From an uncultured Verrucomicrobiae bacterium (lineage in GTDB: Bacteria; Verrucomicrobiota; Verrucomicrobiia; Chthoniobacterales; JAATET01): a stretch of 64,000 nt of DNA. The stretch covers positions 352,001 through 416,000 of the forward strand of contig CAVRCI010000013.1 of NCBI GenBank assembly GCA_963719495.1. Reading direction: 5' to 3'. A program made the position numbers and the translations under genes. The notes under the pieces are model-generated. The model made no database searches, was not told the DNA's origin, and was given only the letters and a program-made list of their open reading frames with translations. Positions 32,049 through 41,825 of the stretch are shown in pieces; positions within the stretch are counted from its first letter, which is position 1; the number at the start of each line of letters is the position of its first letter.

Positions 32049-33017
32049 CTACATCACCCGATCCACCAACCCCTCCCCCGCCTCGAAACGCCGCAGATTC
32101 GCCACGAAATGCTCGACCAGAGCGAGCGTCTCATCCCCCCGCCCGCCCGCGATGTGAGGCGTAACGAAGCAATTCCCCAAAGCCCGCAGCGCATGATTCG
32201 CCGGCAGCGGCTCCGGCTCCGTCACGTCCAACCAAGCCGCCCCCAGCGCACCCGACCCCAACGCCGCCCCCAGCGCGTCCTGATCCACCGTTGTCCCCCG
32301 CCCGATGTTGTAGAGCACCGCCCCGCGTTTCATCCCACCGATCCGCTTCGCGTCGAAAAACCCGCCCGTTTCCGCGCTCGCCGGCAGGATATTGATCACG
32401 TGATCCGCCCGCGCCAATTCCGCGTCGACCTCCCCGGCCGTCTCGACCACCGGCACCCCCTCATCCCCCCGCCGCTTCCGCCGATAAGCCACCACCTCCG
32501 CACCGAACGGAACCAATAATTCCGTCAATCGCCGCCCGATCGCGCCGAATCCCAGAATAAGAATCCGGTCCCCGCGCAACGTCCCACAATCCGCCCGTAG
32601 CGCCTTCCATTCCTCCGACCCGTTCGCGCACGCGTTCCCGAGGGCCAAGGGCAAAGTCCGCACCTGCGCCAGTATGAATCCCAGCACGTGCACCGCGCAC
32701 GCCTCCGCGTAGACCGCCGAGCTGTTCGACACCACCACGCCCGCCGCCTCCATCGCCCCACGAAACTCCGCGTTGTCATACCGAGTGATCCCGGCCGAAC
32801 TCAGTTGCACGAACCGCAGCCGATCCGAAGTCACCAGCGCCCCCGCGTCCGGCTGACCGAACACCACCTCCGCCTCGCCCACCCCCGGGTCGACCGCGCC
32901 GGCCGCCAGGACCGACGTCGACAACTTCGACCCAAATTGAAGGTCGTGCCCCACCGTCCCGGCCCGCAAAGCCTCCGCCGCCCGCTCCGAAATCTCGAAA
33001 TCCACAAAAATCCGCAT
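32049..33017 (-). CDS. D-2-hydroxyacid dehydrogenase family protein
   Basis: GFGAIG, NIGRG, LDVTEPEPL and TPHIAG motifs. Confidence 0.92.
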   Translation of the reverse strand: MRIFVDFEISERAAEALRAGTVGHDLQFGSKLSTSVLAAGAVDPGVGEAEVVFGQPDAGALVTSDRLRFVQLSSAGITRYDNAEFRGAMEAAGVVVSNSSAVYAEACAVHVLGFILAQVRTLPLALGNACANGSEEWKALRADCGTLRGDRILILGFGAIGRRLTELLVPFGAEVVAYRRKRRGDEGVPVVETAGEVDAELARADHVINILPASAETGGFFDAKRIGGMKRGAVLYNIGRGTTVDQDALGAALGSGALGAAWLDVTEPEPLPANHALRALGNCFVTPHIAGGRGDETLALVEHFVANLRRFEAGEGLVDRVM

Positions 33018-33037
33018 CCGCCGCTATAAGCCTCCCC

Positions 33038-33838
33038 TCACCGACGATCAACCCCGACCCGCACCTCCGCCCGCCCTCCGACCCCGGAATCACCCACCCC
33101 CCGCTCGATCAACCTCTGCGCGAACCGAAATTTCCCCATCGCCACGCCCCAAAATTCCCGCCCCGACAGCCCCGCCAACCGCATCACCCGCCCGTGCCCC
33201 ACCCAAACGGCGCCGCACACCATCAAATAAAACGCCATTTCGACCAAACCGATCCCGCGCCGAATCCACGGCGACAGCCCCCGCCGCGTCACCGCCAGAT
33301 GCTCGCACTGAAACTGAATGTGCCGCACCTCCTCCCGCAGAATCCGGTCACAGTCCGCCCGCAGCCGTGGACAATGCGTGATCCGCCGAACCGCCGCGTA
33401 ATAAATCTCCGCCATCGACTCCACCATCACGACCACCGAGGCCCACACCGCGTAATTCGGAATCGCGTATCGGCACGCGCGAAACAATCCGTCACCCAGA
33501 TCCCGCGACTTCCTCGGAATCCCCACCCGGTCCAGCCAATCCCCCAGCGCCGCCCCGTGCCGCTGCTCCTCCTTGATGAAAAGGTCCACCGCCTCCAGAA
33601 ATTCCGCATCCCCGTGCGCCAGGGCGAATTGCCGCGCCGCCGCCCGCAGGTGCCGCCCATCCGAAGTCTCCCCGAGCTGCCACGCCGGCAACGACCCCGC
33701 CAAAGCCCGCCGCACCTCCGTCGGCATGATCCGATCCGCCCCCGGCTTGAAATCCTCGCTCGTCACCGAAAGCGCGTTCTTCCGAAAGTATGCGATCCAC
33801 TCACGCGACGACAGCAGCCGAATCCGGTTCGTTTCCAT
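33038..33838 (-). CDS. Ferritin-like domain protein
   Basis: QLGETSDG and two ExxH motifs (EEQRH, EEVRH). Confidence 0.8.
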   Translation of the reverse strand: METNRIRLLSSREWIAYFRKNALSVTSEDFKPGADRIMPTEVRRALAGSLPAWQLGETSDGRHLRAAARQFALAHGDAEFLEAVDLFIKEEQRHGAALGDWLDRVGIPRKSRDLGDGLFRACRYAIPNYAVWASVVVMVESMAEIYYAAVRRITHCPRLRADCDRILREEVRHIQFQCEHLAVTRRGLSPWIRRGIGLVEMAFYLMVCGAVWVGHGRVMRLAGLSGREFWGVAMGKFRFAQRLIERGVGDSGVGGRAEVRVGVDRR

Positions 33839-34004
33839 GCGTCGACCCTCCCACCTCCCCATGAACGCCCGACGAACCGACCGTGAAAAGAAGGTGAAAA
33901 ATCGGACTCCATCACCCTTCGAATTCTTTGCGACCTTTGCGACCTTTTGTTCAAAAAGCATCCGCATTGTATTCCTCCCTCCATTACCTTTTGTTCAGAC
34001 CCGC

Positions 34005-34766
34005 ATGCCGCCCGCGATCCACACCGAAAATCTCAGCCGCGTCTTCGACGGCACGCGCGCCGTGGACGACCTCACGCTCTCCGTCGCCCCCGGCACGTTC
34101 TACGGCTTCCTCGGCCCGAACGGAGCCGGCAAGTCGACCACGATCAAAATGCTCACCGGCCTCCTCGCGCCGACCAGCGGCACGATCCAGCTCCTCGGCC
34201 ACGACCTCGCCGACCCCGCCGCCGCCAAGGCCGTCAAATCTCGCATCGGCGTCGTCCCGGAGAACCTCGCGCTCTTCGACAACCTCACCGGCGGCGAATA
34301 CCTCACCTTCGTCGGCCGCATGCACCGCCTCCCCGCCGACACCCTCCGCACCCGCCGCGAAGAGCTCCTCGCCGTCATGCAGCTCGACACCCAGAAGGGC
34401 AAGCTGACCGTCGAATACAGCCACGGCATGAAGAAAAAACTCTCCCTCGCCGCCGCCCTCATCGCCCGTCCCGACCTTCTCTTCCTCGACGAACCCTTCG
34501 AAGGCGTCGACGCCGTGAGTGCCCGCATCCTCCGCGACATGCTCCGCCGAGCCTGCGCCAGAGGAGCCACCGTCTTCGTCACCTCCCACGTCCTCGAGAT
34601 CGTGGAAAAACTCTGCACCACCGTGGGAATCATCGCCCAAGGCAAACTCGTCTACGAAGCCACCATGGAGACCATCGCCGCCACCGGCTCCCTCGAAGAC
34701 CGCTTCCTCGCCGCCGTAGGCGACGAGTCCGCCGACCTCGGTCGCCTCAGCTGGCTGGAGGACTAA
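34005..34766 (+). CDS. ABC transporter ATP-binding protein
   Basis: GPNGAGKST, YSHGM, LFLDEP and H-loop. Confidence 0.95.
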   Translation: MPPAIHTENLSRVFDGTRAVDDLTLSVAPGTFYGFLGPNGAGKSTTIKMLTGLLAPTSGTIQLLGHDLADPAAAKAVKSRIGVVPENLALFDNLTGGEYLTFVGRMHRLPADTLRTRREELLAVMQLDTQKGKLTVEYSHGMKKKLSLAAALIARPDLLFLDEPFEGVDAVSARILRDMLRRACARGATVFVTSHVLEIVEKLCTTVGIIAQGKLVYEATMETIAATGSLEDRFLAAVGDESADLGRLSWLED

Positions 34767-34992
34767 AACCCCTGGAACCCGCCGTAGTGGTCGACGTAAG
34801 GAAACCCGACGCCGACGCGATCACCTCGTCCAGCAGAGCGACCAAAGAGTCCTCGAATTGCTTCAATCCCCAAGGCAACCCGCGCCAGCGGGAGCCCAAG
34901 AAATCCCCTTTCACCCCTTTGCGTTCTTCGCGCCCTTCTGTTCAAAAACTGTATTGTATCCCCCTCGCCAGCCTTCCGTTTCAAACCACCCG

Positions 34993-36687
34993 ATGGATAC
35001 CGCCCAATTCCGCACCATTCTCTGGCTCCGCTGGCGGTTGGCCGTCAACCAGTGGACCCGCAACAGCGGCCTCGGCGCCATCGTCGCCACCCTCCTCGGA
35101 GCCGGCGCCACCCTCTCCGCGCTCTCCGCCTTCGCCACCGGCATCCTCGTCGGCTCGACCGCCCTCACCAAAGCCTCCCCCGACATGCTCCTCCTCGTCT
35201 GGGACATCGTCGTCGTCGTGTTCCTCTTCTTCTGGATCATCGGGATCGCCAGCGAGCTTCAGCGCTCCGAGATCGTCGACCTCCCCCGGCTCATGCACCT
35301 GCCGGTCTCCCTGCGCGAAGCCTTCTTCATCAACTACCTCGCGTCCCACGTCACCCTCAGTCTCATCCTCGTCGCCCCCGCCATGGCGGGCCTCGTCGCC
35401 GGCCTCGTCGTCGGCCGCGGTTGGGAATTCGCCCTCATCGCGCTCCCCGCGTTCGGCCTCCTCTTCGCCGTCACCGCCTGGACCTACTGCCTCCGCGGCT
35501 GGCTCTCCGCCCTCATGATCAACGCCCGGCGCAAACGCTCCGTCATCGTCTGGGTCACCGTCGCCGTCATGCTCGTCGCGCAGGCGCCCAATCTCTACTT
35601 CAACCTCATGCGCGACCCCGACGCCGCCCCGACGTCCTGGGCCGGTGAGGCCAGCCTCCCGGCCACGCTCGAGACCGCCCACCGCTTCGCCCCGCCCCTC
35701 TGGGTCGGATTCTCCGCCCGCTCCATCGCGTCGGCCGAAGTCAACGTCCTCCCCGCCCTTTTCGCCGGCGGAAGCCTCTTCCTCCTCGCCCTCCTCGGCT
35801 TCAACCAAGCCTACCGCTCCACGGCCCGCTTCTACGCCGGCTCCAACGACGGTTCCAAAAAATCCAACCCCCGCGCCGCCTCCGAATCCGTCGCCTTCCT
35901 CGAACGCACCCTCCCCGGCGTCACCGACGAAGTCGCCGCCATCGCCACCGCCACCCTCCGTTGCATCGGTCGCGCCCCCGAGCTCAAGATGGCCCTCGGC
36001 AGCGCCGCCGCCATGGTCGTCATCTTCGCCATCCTCTTCCTGCGACCCGGCCCCGAGGTCCTGCCCGATTCCCTGCGCCCCTGGTCCCTCTTCGGCGGCA
36101 TCACGCTCGCGCTCATGATCGTCAATCAGCTCTACGCCAACCAATTCGGAGCCGACCGCGACGGCTTCCGCACCTTCGTCCTCTCGCCCCTCGCCGGACG
36201 CGACATCCTCCTGGGCAAAAACCTCGCCCTCTTCCCGCTCGTCCTCGGACTCGTCGCGACCCTGCTCGGCCTCCTCGCCCTCGTCTGGGACGTCACGCCG
36301 CTCGCCCTCGTCGAGGCCTTGTTCCAAGGCGCCGCCGCGACCCTGCTCGTGCTCGTCGCCGGCAACGCCACGTCGATCTACCTCCCCTACCACGTCCAAC
36401 CCGGCACCCTCAAACCCTCCCAGACCTCCCCCCAGGTCATGGTCGCCCTGCTCGTTTTCACCTTCACCCTTCCCATCCTCCTCCTCCCGGTCGCCGCCCC
36501 CCTCATCGCCGAAACCCTGGCCGGCGTCATCCTCGGCCGACCCGCCCCCTGGATCGGCATCATCGGCTCGCCCTTGATCCTCCTGATCGTCGCCGCCCTC
36601 TACTGGCTCACCCTCACCCCACTCGGAAACGCCCTCGAGCAACGCCAGCTCAAGATCCTCCAAGCGGTCACAAGGGCCGTCGAGTGA
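34993..36687 (+). CDS. ABC-2-type permease-like membrane protein
   Basis: About 12 TM segments; NQFGADRDG and ILLGKN motifs; follows the ABC ATPase. Confidence 0.8.
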   Translation: MDTAQFRTILWLRWRLAVNQWTRNSGLGAIVATLLGAGATLSALSAFATGILVGSTALTKASPDMLLLVWDIVVVVFLFFWIIGIASELQRSEIVDLPRLMHLPVSLREAFFINYLASHVTLSLILVAPAMAGLVAGLVVGRGWEFALIALPAFGLLFAVTAWTYCLRGWLSALMINARRKRSVIVWVTVAVMLVAQAPNLYFNLMRDPDAAPTSWAGEASLPATLETAHRFAPPLWVGFSARSIASAEVNVLPALFAGGSLFLLALLGFNQAYRSTARFYAGSNDGSKKSNPRAASESVAFLERTLPGVTDEVAAIATATLRCIGRAPELKMALGSAAAMVVIFAILFLRPGPEVLPDSLRPWSLFGGITLALMIVNQLYANQFGADRDGFRTFVLSPLAGRDILLGKNLALFPLVLGLVATLLGLLALVWDVTPLALVEALFQGAAATLLVLVAGNATSIYLPYHVQPGTLKPSQTSPQVMVALLVFTFTLPILLLPVAAPLIAETLAGVILGRPAPWIGIIGSPLILLIVAALYWLTLTPLGNALEQRQLKILQAVTRAVE

Positions 36688-36740
36688 GGATCTTCCAGAG
36701 CATCAACTCAAGGGGCGCAAGCCCTCGTTCGCAAACGGGG

Positions 36741-36795
36741 TGAGGACGTCTCGTCCTCACAACCCTGAATCGAGAAGGCGGGACGCCCTCCCCCC
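36741..36795. repeat. GGACGTCTCGTCC/GGGCGTCCCGCCC double-hairpin REP (family C)
   Basis: Related copies at 39136-39193 (inverted), 48897-48950 and 50576-50635. Confidence 0.75.
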
Positions 36796-36799
36796 CTCC

Positions 36800-38509
36800 C
36801 TAATTCGAAACGAACACCGCCATCTTCCGGCCCTTGAACTTCAACCCGTTGCACTCCGCGATCACGTCCTGCACCGCTTCGTCCGCGACGTCGACCGTCG
36901 TGTGTTTCTCCGCCAGCACGATCGCCCCGATCTTCTCTTTGCCGAAGCTCGTCTGCCCCGTGATCATCCCGACGATGTCCGCCGGACGCATGCTGCTCAA
37001 CTTCCCGGCCATGAACACCAACCGCGTCATCCCCGCCTCGACCGCCTCGTCGGCCCGCCCGCGCGGTCCCCGCGCCGGGCGCGAATCCCGGTCGCCGTAG
37101 CTGCCCCGGTCGTCCCGGTCCCGCGGACCCCGGGATTTTCGATCACCCCGATCCCCCCGGTCACCCCGATCCTGATACTCGCGGCCCATCGGAATGTCCT
37201 CGTTGGCCGCCCCCGATTTCGTCTCGGCGACCAGCAGATGCAAAGCCGCGCTCGCGATGTCGGTCGGCGAGAAATCCTGACTCAACAACCGGTCGATCAG
37301 ATCCTCCTGCTTCGGAAAATCCCCCTTCTCGAGCGTCTCGCGCAATGATTCGAACGTCACGTTCGCCCGCTTCTCCTCGAGTTGCTCGAGGGTCGGCACC
37401 CGCTCGCGACGGATCTTGCCGCCAGTGTATCGGATCATGCTCTCGAGCTTCCGCACCTCCCGCCCAGCCACGAACGTGATGGCCCGCCCACTGCGACCCG
37501 CCCGGCCCGTCCGACCGATGCGGTGAACGTAATCCTCGCCGTCGTGCGGCAGGTCATAGTTGAACACGACCTCGATGTCGTCCACGTCGAGGCCGCGAGC
37601 CGCCACGTCCGTGGCGACCAGGAATTCGATCCGGTGCTCCTTGAACCGTTTCATCACCCGCTCGCGCGCCGATTGCGTGATGTCGCCGTGCAATTTGTCC
37701 GCGACGTATCCCCGCGCCGCCAGGTGCTCGGTGAGCTGATCGCACATCATCTTCGTCGCGCAGAAAACGATCGAACACCTCACGTCTTCGAGATCGATGA
37801 TCCGGCACAGCGCCTCGAGCTTCGAGCGGCGGTCGACTTCGTAATAAATTTGATCGATGTCCGGAGCGGTCGTCCCCTTCGACTCGATCCGCAGCATCAC
37901 CGGATCGTTCGTGTAGCGTTTGACGAGTTCCTGAATCCCCCGCGGCATCGTCGCCGAGAAGAAAACCGTCTGCCGATCCTCCGGCGTTTGGTCGAGAATA
38001 GTTTGAATGTCGTCGCGGAAGCCCATGTCGAGCATCCGGTCGGCCTCGTCGAGCACCATGGTGGACAGTTGATCCAGCTTGAGCGTCCCGCGATCCAGGT
38101 GATCCATCACTCGCCCCGGCGTGCCAATGATGATCTGCGCCCCATCGCGAAGGCCGCGATTCTGCCGCTCATACGAGGCGCCACCGTAAATCGGCAGCTC
38201 GCTCACGCCGCGCTTGCCGGCGGCGAGTTTCGCCACTTCCTCGGCGACCTGCACCGCAAGCTCCCGCGTCGGGCACAGGATCAAAGCCTGCGGCACCTTG
38301 TTCGCCGCGTCCACGCGCTCGATCACCGGGATCGCGAATGCCGCCGTCTTGCCGGAGCCGGTCTGCGATTGCCCCACCACGTCGCGTCCCTCGAGCAAAA
38401 TTGGGATCGCCTCCGTCTGAATGGGCGAAGCCTCCTCGAACCCCATCTTCTCCACCGCCTTGAGCACCTCGGGCGAAAGACCCAGCTCCGAAAATTTCTT
38501 CTTCTCCAT
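36800..38509 (-). CDS. DEAD-box RNA helicase (DeaD/CsdA-like, DbpA-type C-terminal domain)
   Basis: QTGSGKT, PTRELA, TPGR, DEAD, SAT, ARGLD and HRIGRTGR motifs. Confidence 0.96.
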   Translation of the reverse strand: MEKKKFSELGLSPEVLKAVEKMGFEEASPIQTEAIPILLEGRDVVGQSQTGSGKTAAFAIPVIERVDAANKVPQALILCPTRELAVQVAEEVAKLAAGKRGVSELPIYGGASYERQNRGLRDGAQIIIGTPGRVMDHLDRGTLKLDQLSTMVLDEADRMLDMGFRDDIQTILDQTPEDRQTVFFSATMPRGIQELVKRYTNDPVMLRIESKGTTAPDIDQIYYEVDRRSKLEALCRIIDLEDVRCSIVFCATKMMCDQLTEHLAARGYVADKLHGDITQSARERVMKRFKEHRIEFLVATDVAARGLDVDDIEVVFNYDLPHDGEDYVHRIGRTGRAGRSGRAITFVAGREVRKLESMIRYTGGKIRRERVPTLEQLEEKRANVTFESLRETLEKGDFPKQEDLIDRLLSQDFSPTDIASAALHLLVAETKSGAANEDIPMGREYQDRGDRGDRGDRKSRGPRDRDDRGSYGDRDSRPARGPRGRADEAVEAGMTRLVFMAGKLSSMRPADIVGMITGQTSFGKEKIGAIVLAEKHTTVDVADEAVQDVIAECNGLKFKGRKMAVFVSN

Positions 38510-38627
38510 CGCAGCTTGTAGGCAGGTCCCCCAGGCCACGGCGAGCAAGAAGGCGTCTTCGTATGAGGGAGTCCCCTTATACCCGGCTCGGGTGGCGGCT
38601 TCCGCCCAATCCCGACATCCTGCCCCC

Positions 38628-39080
38628 ATGACCAACGACGAAATCCTCAAAGTTCTCGATGACCTCACCCAGACCGCCAAAGACGGGGCGGAAGGCTACC
38701 GACTCGCCGCCGATTCGACCGAAGACGCCGATCTCTCGGCGATCTTCACGACCTTCAGCTCCCGGCGCCAGGCCTTCGTCTCCGAACTCCAGGGCCTCTC
38801 CGCCGGATTTGGCGGCGACCCGTCGGCATCCTCCAGTGTCGTTGCCACGCTCCACCGTGGCTGGATCAACCTCAAGCAGGCCATCAGCTCCAACGACCGC
38901 GCCGCCATCCTCGCCGAGTGCCAGCGAGGCGACGAACACGCCGTGGAATCCTACAGCGACGCCCTCGACACGCCACTACCCATGTCGATTCTGGAGATCC
39001 TGCGCTCGCAGCTCGCCCTCATCAACGAAACACTGCAAAAGATCACCCACCTCGCCGACCTGGGTCGCGAAGCGAGCTGA
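38628..39080 (+). CDS. PA2169/DUF2383-like four-helix-bundle protein
   Basis: DGAEGY, LHRGWINLK and ILAECQRGDE motifs. Confidence 0.85.
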   Translation: MTNDEILKVLDDLTQTAKDGAEGYRLAADSTEDADLSAIFTTFSSRRQAFVSELQGLSAGFGGDPSASSSVVATLHRGWINLKQAISSNDRAAILAECQRGDEHAVESYSDALDTPLPMSILEILRSQLALINETLQKITHLADLGREAS

Positions 39081-39135
39081 CCTCGGGATCCGCTGGAACA
39101 TCTTCAACTGTTCCAGACGATTCGATCAGCCAAAC

Positions 39136-39193
39136 GGGGGGAGGGCGTCCCGCCCTCCCGATCCAAACCCGAGGACGAGACGTCCTCGCCCCG
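39136..39193. repeat. Family C REP
   Basis: gggagggcgtcccgccctccc...gaggacgagacgtcctc. Confidence 0.75.
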
Positions 39194-39238
39194 TTTTCAT
39201 CGGCTCCCGCGGAGACCGCCAGATCCTCTAGAAATGCT

Positions 39239-39757
39239 CTAAGCCGCAATCGGAGCGGACTCGACGCGCAGCGACTCGGCGACGCCACCAAACTTCGGAT
39301 AAACGAACCTCGCCGCCGGCGATACGGTCGGAATCAGGCCCCGTGCGACCTCCAATCCCTCATCCCGCAACCGGCTGAGCGACGCCTGCAGTAGGACCGA
39401 TCCGATGCCGCGGCTGCGGTATTCGTGCAGGACGCTGGGGCCGGTCAGCAGATGATTCGCGGCGTCGGGTGCCGCACTCAGCAACGAAGCCGCAATGATC
39501 CGCGCCCCGTGCTGGATCACGATGCAAAGCGCGGGATCGACCGAAAACGCCGTCGCGCACTTCGCCTCCAAACCCTCGAGGTAAACGCGGGAATCCTCGC
39601 TCCACCCCAAATCCTGCGAAAACGCAGTCAGAATCGTCCGGGCAACCACCGACGCCTCGTCCGGCTCCGCTCCGCGGATCGTGAACGGATCGAGCGAAGG
39701 CTCGGTCGCCGGTAAGTCCGCCAATCGCCAGCGGAAAGTTTTCCAATTATCGCGCAT
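39239..39757 (-). CDS. GNAT family acetyltransferase
   Basis: VLHEYRSRGIGSVLL acetyl-CoA motif; FVYPKFG. Confidence 0.8.
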   Translation of the reverse strand: MRDNWKTFRWRLADLPATEPSLDPFTIRGAEPDEASVVARTILTAFSQDLGWSEDSRVYLEGLEAKCATAFSVDPALCIVIQHGARIIAASLLSAAPDAANHLLTGPSVLHEYRSRGIGSVLLQASLSRLRDEGLEVARGLIPTVSPAARFVYPKFGGVAESLRVESAPIAA

Positions 39758-39982
39758 TCATCCGTGCGCGGTCGCCTTCTTCGATCCCCACCCGGATCGC
39801 CGGCGTCCGCGTTGCTAGGAGACGTCCTCGTCGTTGCGGCAGACCCACCACACACACCCGAGCAGAGTGCTCGCCATCACCGTAAACGCCGTCAAAGTAA
39901 ACATAATCGCAGGCAGACTCTTGATTCTCCGCGCCCCGTCAAACTTATTTGCATTAACGCGACAACAAATTCGCCGAAACGT

Positions 39983-40432
39983 TCAGATTTCGATGCCAAA
40001 AAAATCACGGAGCACCTCGCGATACACCCCGCGCTTGAACTCCGGCACCCATTCGAGCCGGAATTCCCCCGGCTCGATCCACCGCACCGCCCGGAACTCC
40101 GGCGTCTCCGGATCCCTCATAATTCGCGCCTCGTTTCCCACCAGCTCCGCCAGAAAATAAGTCTGCTCCTGCCCGCCAAACCCATGCTTCGTCCGCCCCC
40201 CCGCAAACTCGTAGCGGTAGGGCCCCTTCCGATCCACCACCCGGTAATCCGCCGCACCGAGCGAGATTTCCTCCCGCACCTCCCGCTCCAGCGCCACCTC
40301 CACCGACTCCCCCGCGTCGACGCCGCCCTGCGGAAACTGCCACGCCCCCGCCACGTCGATCCGCTCGCCAATGAGAATCCTCCCCTCGGCATCGCGTAAT
40401 ATGAGCGCCACGTTCGGTCGGTATCGGATCAT
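39983..40432 (-). CDS. NUDIX hydrolase, RppH-like
   Basis: YRPNV, WQFPQGGVDAGES...REVREE Nudix box, GQEQ.YF and PEF motifs. Confidence 0.9.
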   Translation of the reverse strand: MIRYRPNVALILRDAEGRILIGERIDVAGAWQFPQGGVDAGESVEVALEREVREEISLGAADYRVVDRKGPYRYEFAGGRTKHGFGGQEQTYFLAELVGNEARIMRDPETPEFRAVRWIEPGEFRLEWVPEFKRGVYREVLRDFFGIEI

Positions 40433-40481
40433 TGACCGAGTGTTGAACAAAAACGCCCACACCAGCAAACCAATCACCCCT

Positions 40482-40517
40482 TCAAGGAGCGGCGATTTGC
40501 AATCGCCGACCCAACCC
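40482..40517. repeat. GGAG-type REP (tcaaggagcggcgatttgcaatcgccgacccaaccc)
   Basis: 35 of 36 bases identical to 59865-59900. Confidence 0.8.
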
Positions 40518-40657
40518 AAGTGGCGAAGCCACCACTTCCCCAGCGAGAAGCGCCCCCAATAAAACCTGTCATGCTGAGCGAAGCGAAGCATCTCTGGCTT
40601 CTCACCTCACCCGCAACCAGCTACGAGCCACCCACCACCACCACCTCACCCACCACC

Positions 40658-41155
40658 ATGACCCGCAAAACCATCCTCCTCGCCGCCTCCATCCTCGCAC
40701 TCCTCGCCGCAGCGTGGTGCGTCTTCGAATTCCAACCCCGCCGTCAGATCCAAAAGGCCACCGAACGTCTCCTCACCGACGTCGAGAACCGCGATTGGGA
40801 CGACGTCCGCGACACCCTCTCGCCCGACTACGCCGACGCCTGGGGCCTCGATCGCTCCGGCATCATCGAACTCGCCTCCCAGGGCTTCAGCCAATTTTTC
40901 TACCTCGAAATCACCCCCACCGACTGGCAAATCGCCCTCACCGGCGACGACTCACCCCGCGCCACGGTCAGCGTGAAACTCGCCTTCCAAGGGAACGGCA
41001 CCGGCCTCGCCCAGCTCGCCCTCGGTCGCCTCCAAGCCATCGACGAGCCCTTCGTCTTCCACTGGCGCAAGGAAAGCTGGCAACCGTGGTCGTGGCATTT
41101 ATATTCCGCCGGACAGCCGGAACTTCGCCTCTCGCGTGACCTGCTGCCACTCTGA
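40658..41155 (+). CDS. Hypothetical membrane-anchored protein (possibly NTF2-like)
   Basis: N-terminal TM segment; LSPDYADAWG; typical codon usage. Confidence 0.7.
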   Translation: MTRKTILLAASILALLAAAWCVFEFQPRRQIQKATERLLTDVENRDWDDVRDTLSPDYADAWGLDRSGIIELASQGFSQFFYLEITPTDWQIALTGDDSPRATVSVKLAFQGNGTGLAQLALGRLQAIDEPFVFHWRKESWQPWSWHLYSAGQPELRLSRDLLPL

Positions 41156-41162
41156 TCCGACC

Positions 41163-41825
41163 ATGATCCGCCGACTCCTGATCCCGTCCGCCGTCCTCCT
41201 CAGCGTTGCGATTCAATCCGCGAGCGCCCAGATCCCCGGCGGCAACCCACCCACGCCCACCCCCACCCCCGAAGGCCAGGACGACACGCCCGAGCCCACG
41301 AATTACGACACGATCACCTACTGGAAGGCCGACCTCCCCGGTGGCACCTACCTCGTCGCCCACGACTCGATCAACTCCGTCAGCTCCCAGGAATACGTCC
41401 TCGATGGCGCCGCCCGCGTCACCGAGGTGAACGTCAGCACCTCCGGCGTCTTCCAGCCCCGTTTCTACTTCATCGAGCCCATCAGCGCCCCCGGCCCCGT
41501 CGGCCAGACCGCCGAGCGCGCCCTCACCGCCGCCCAGGCCGCCGCCACCCGCGTCATCCCCGGCGATCCCATCTGGGCCAAGGTCATCAAGGAATATCCG
41601 ACCACCACCCACTCGGGCACCATCGAATACCGCCTCGAAACCAAGGCCCAACTCGAAGCCCTTCACACGAGCCTCGAAGACTCCTGGCTCAAGGGGCGCA
41701 GCATCGTTTTCACCCCCGCCGGCTCCTCGGAATTCGACACGGAGAAAAAGTCCGACGACGACTCCGAAGACGGCGATTCCGAAGACGATTCGACCGATCC
41801 TTCGATCGGTCCCATGAACCCATGA
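41163..41825 (+). CDS. Hypothetical exported protein
   Basis: Signal peptide, acidic tail; stop overlaps the purF start. Confidence 0.75.
   Translation: MIRRLLIPSAVLLSVAIQSASAQIPGGNPPTPTPTPEGQDDTPEPTNYDTITYWKADLPGGTYLVAHDSINSVSSQEYVLDGAARVTEVNVSTSGVFQPRFYFIEPISAPGPVGQTAERALTAAQAAATRVIPGDPIWAKVIKEYPTTTHSGTIEYRLETKAQLEALHTSLEDSWLKGRSIVFTPAGSSEFDTEKKSDDDSEDGDSEDDSTDPSIGPMNP

Noticed and set aside
39890..39922. dif site (TTATGTTTACT on the minus strand resembles a XerD arm)
   Set aside because: No XerC-like arm at the expected spacing, and it is far from the apparent skew switch.
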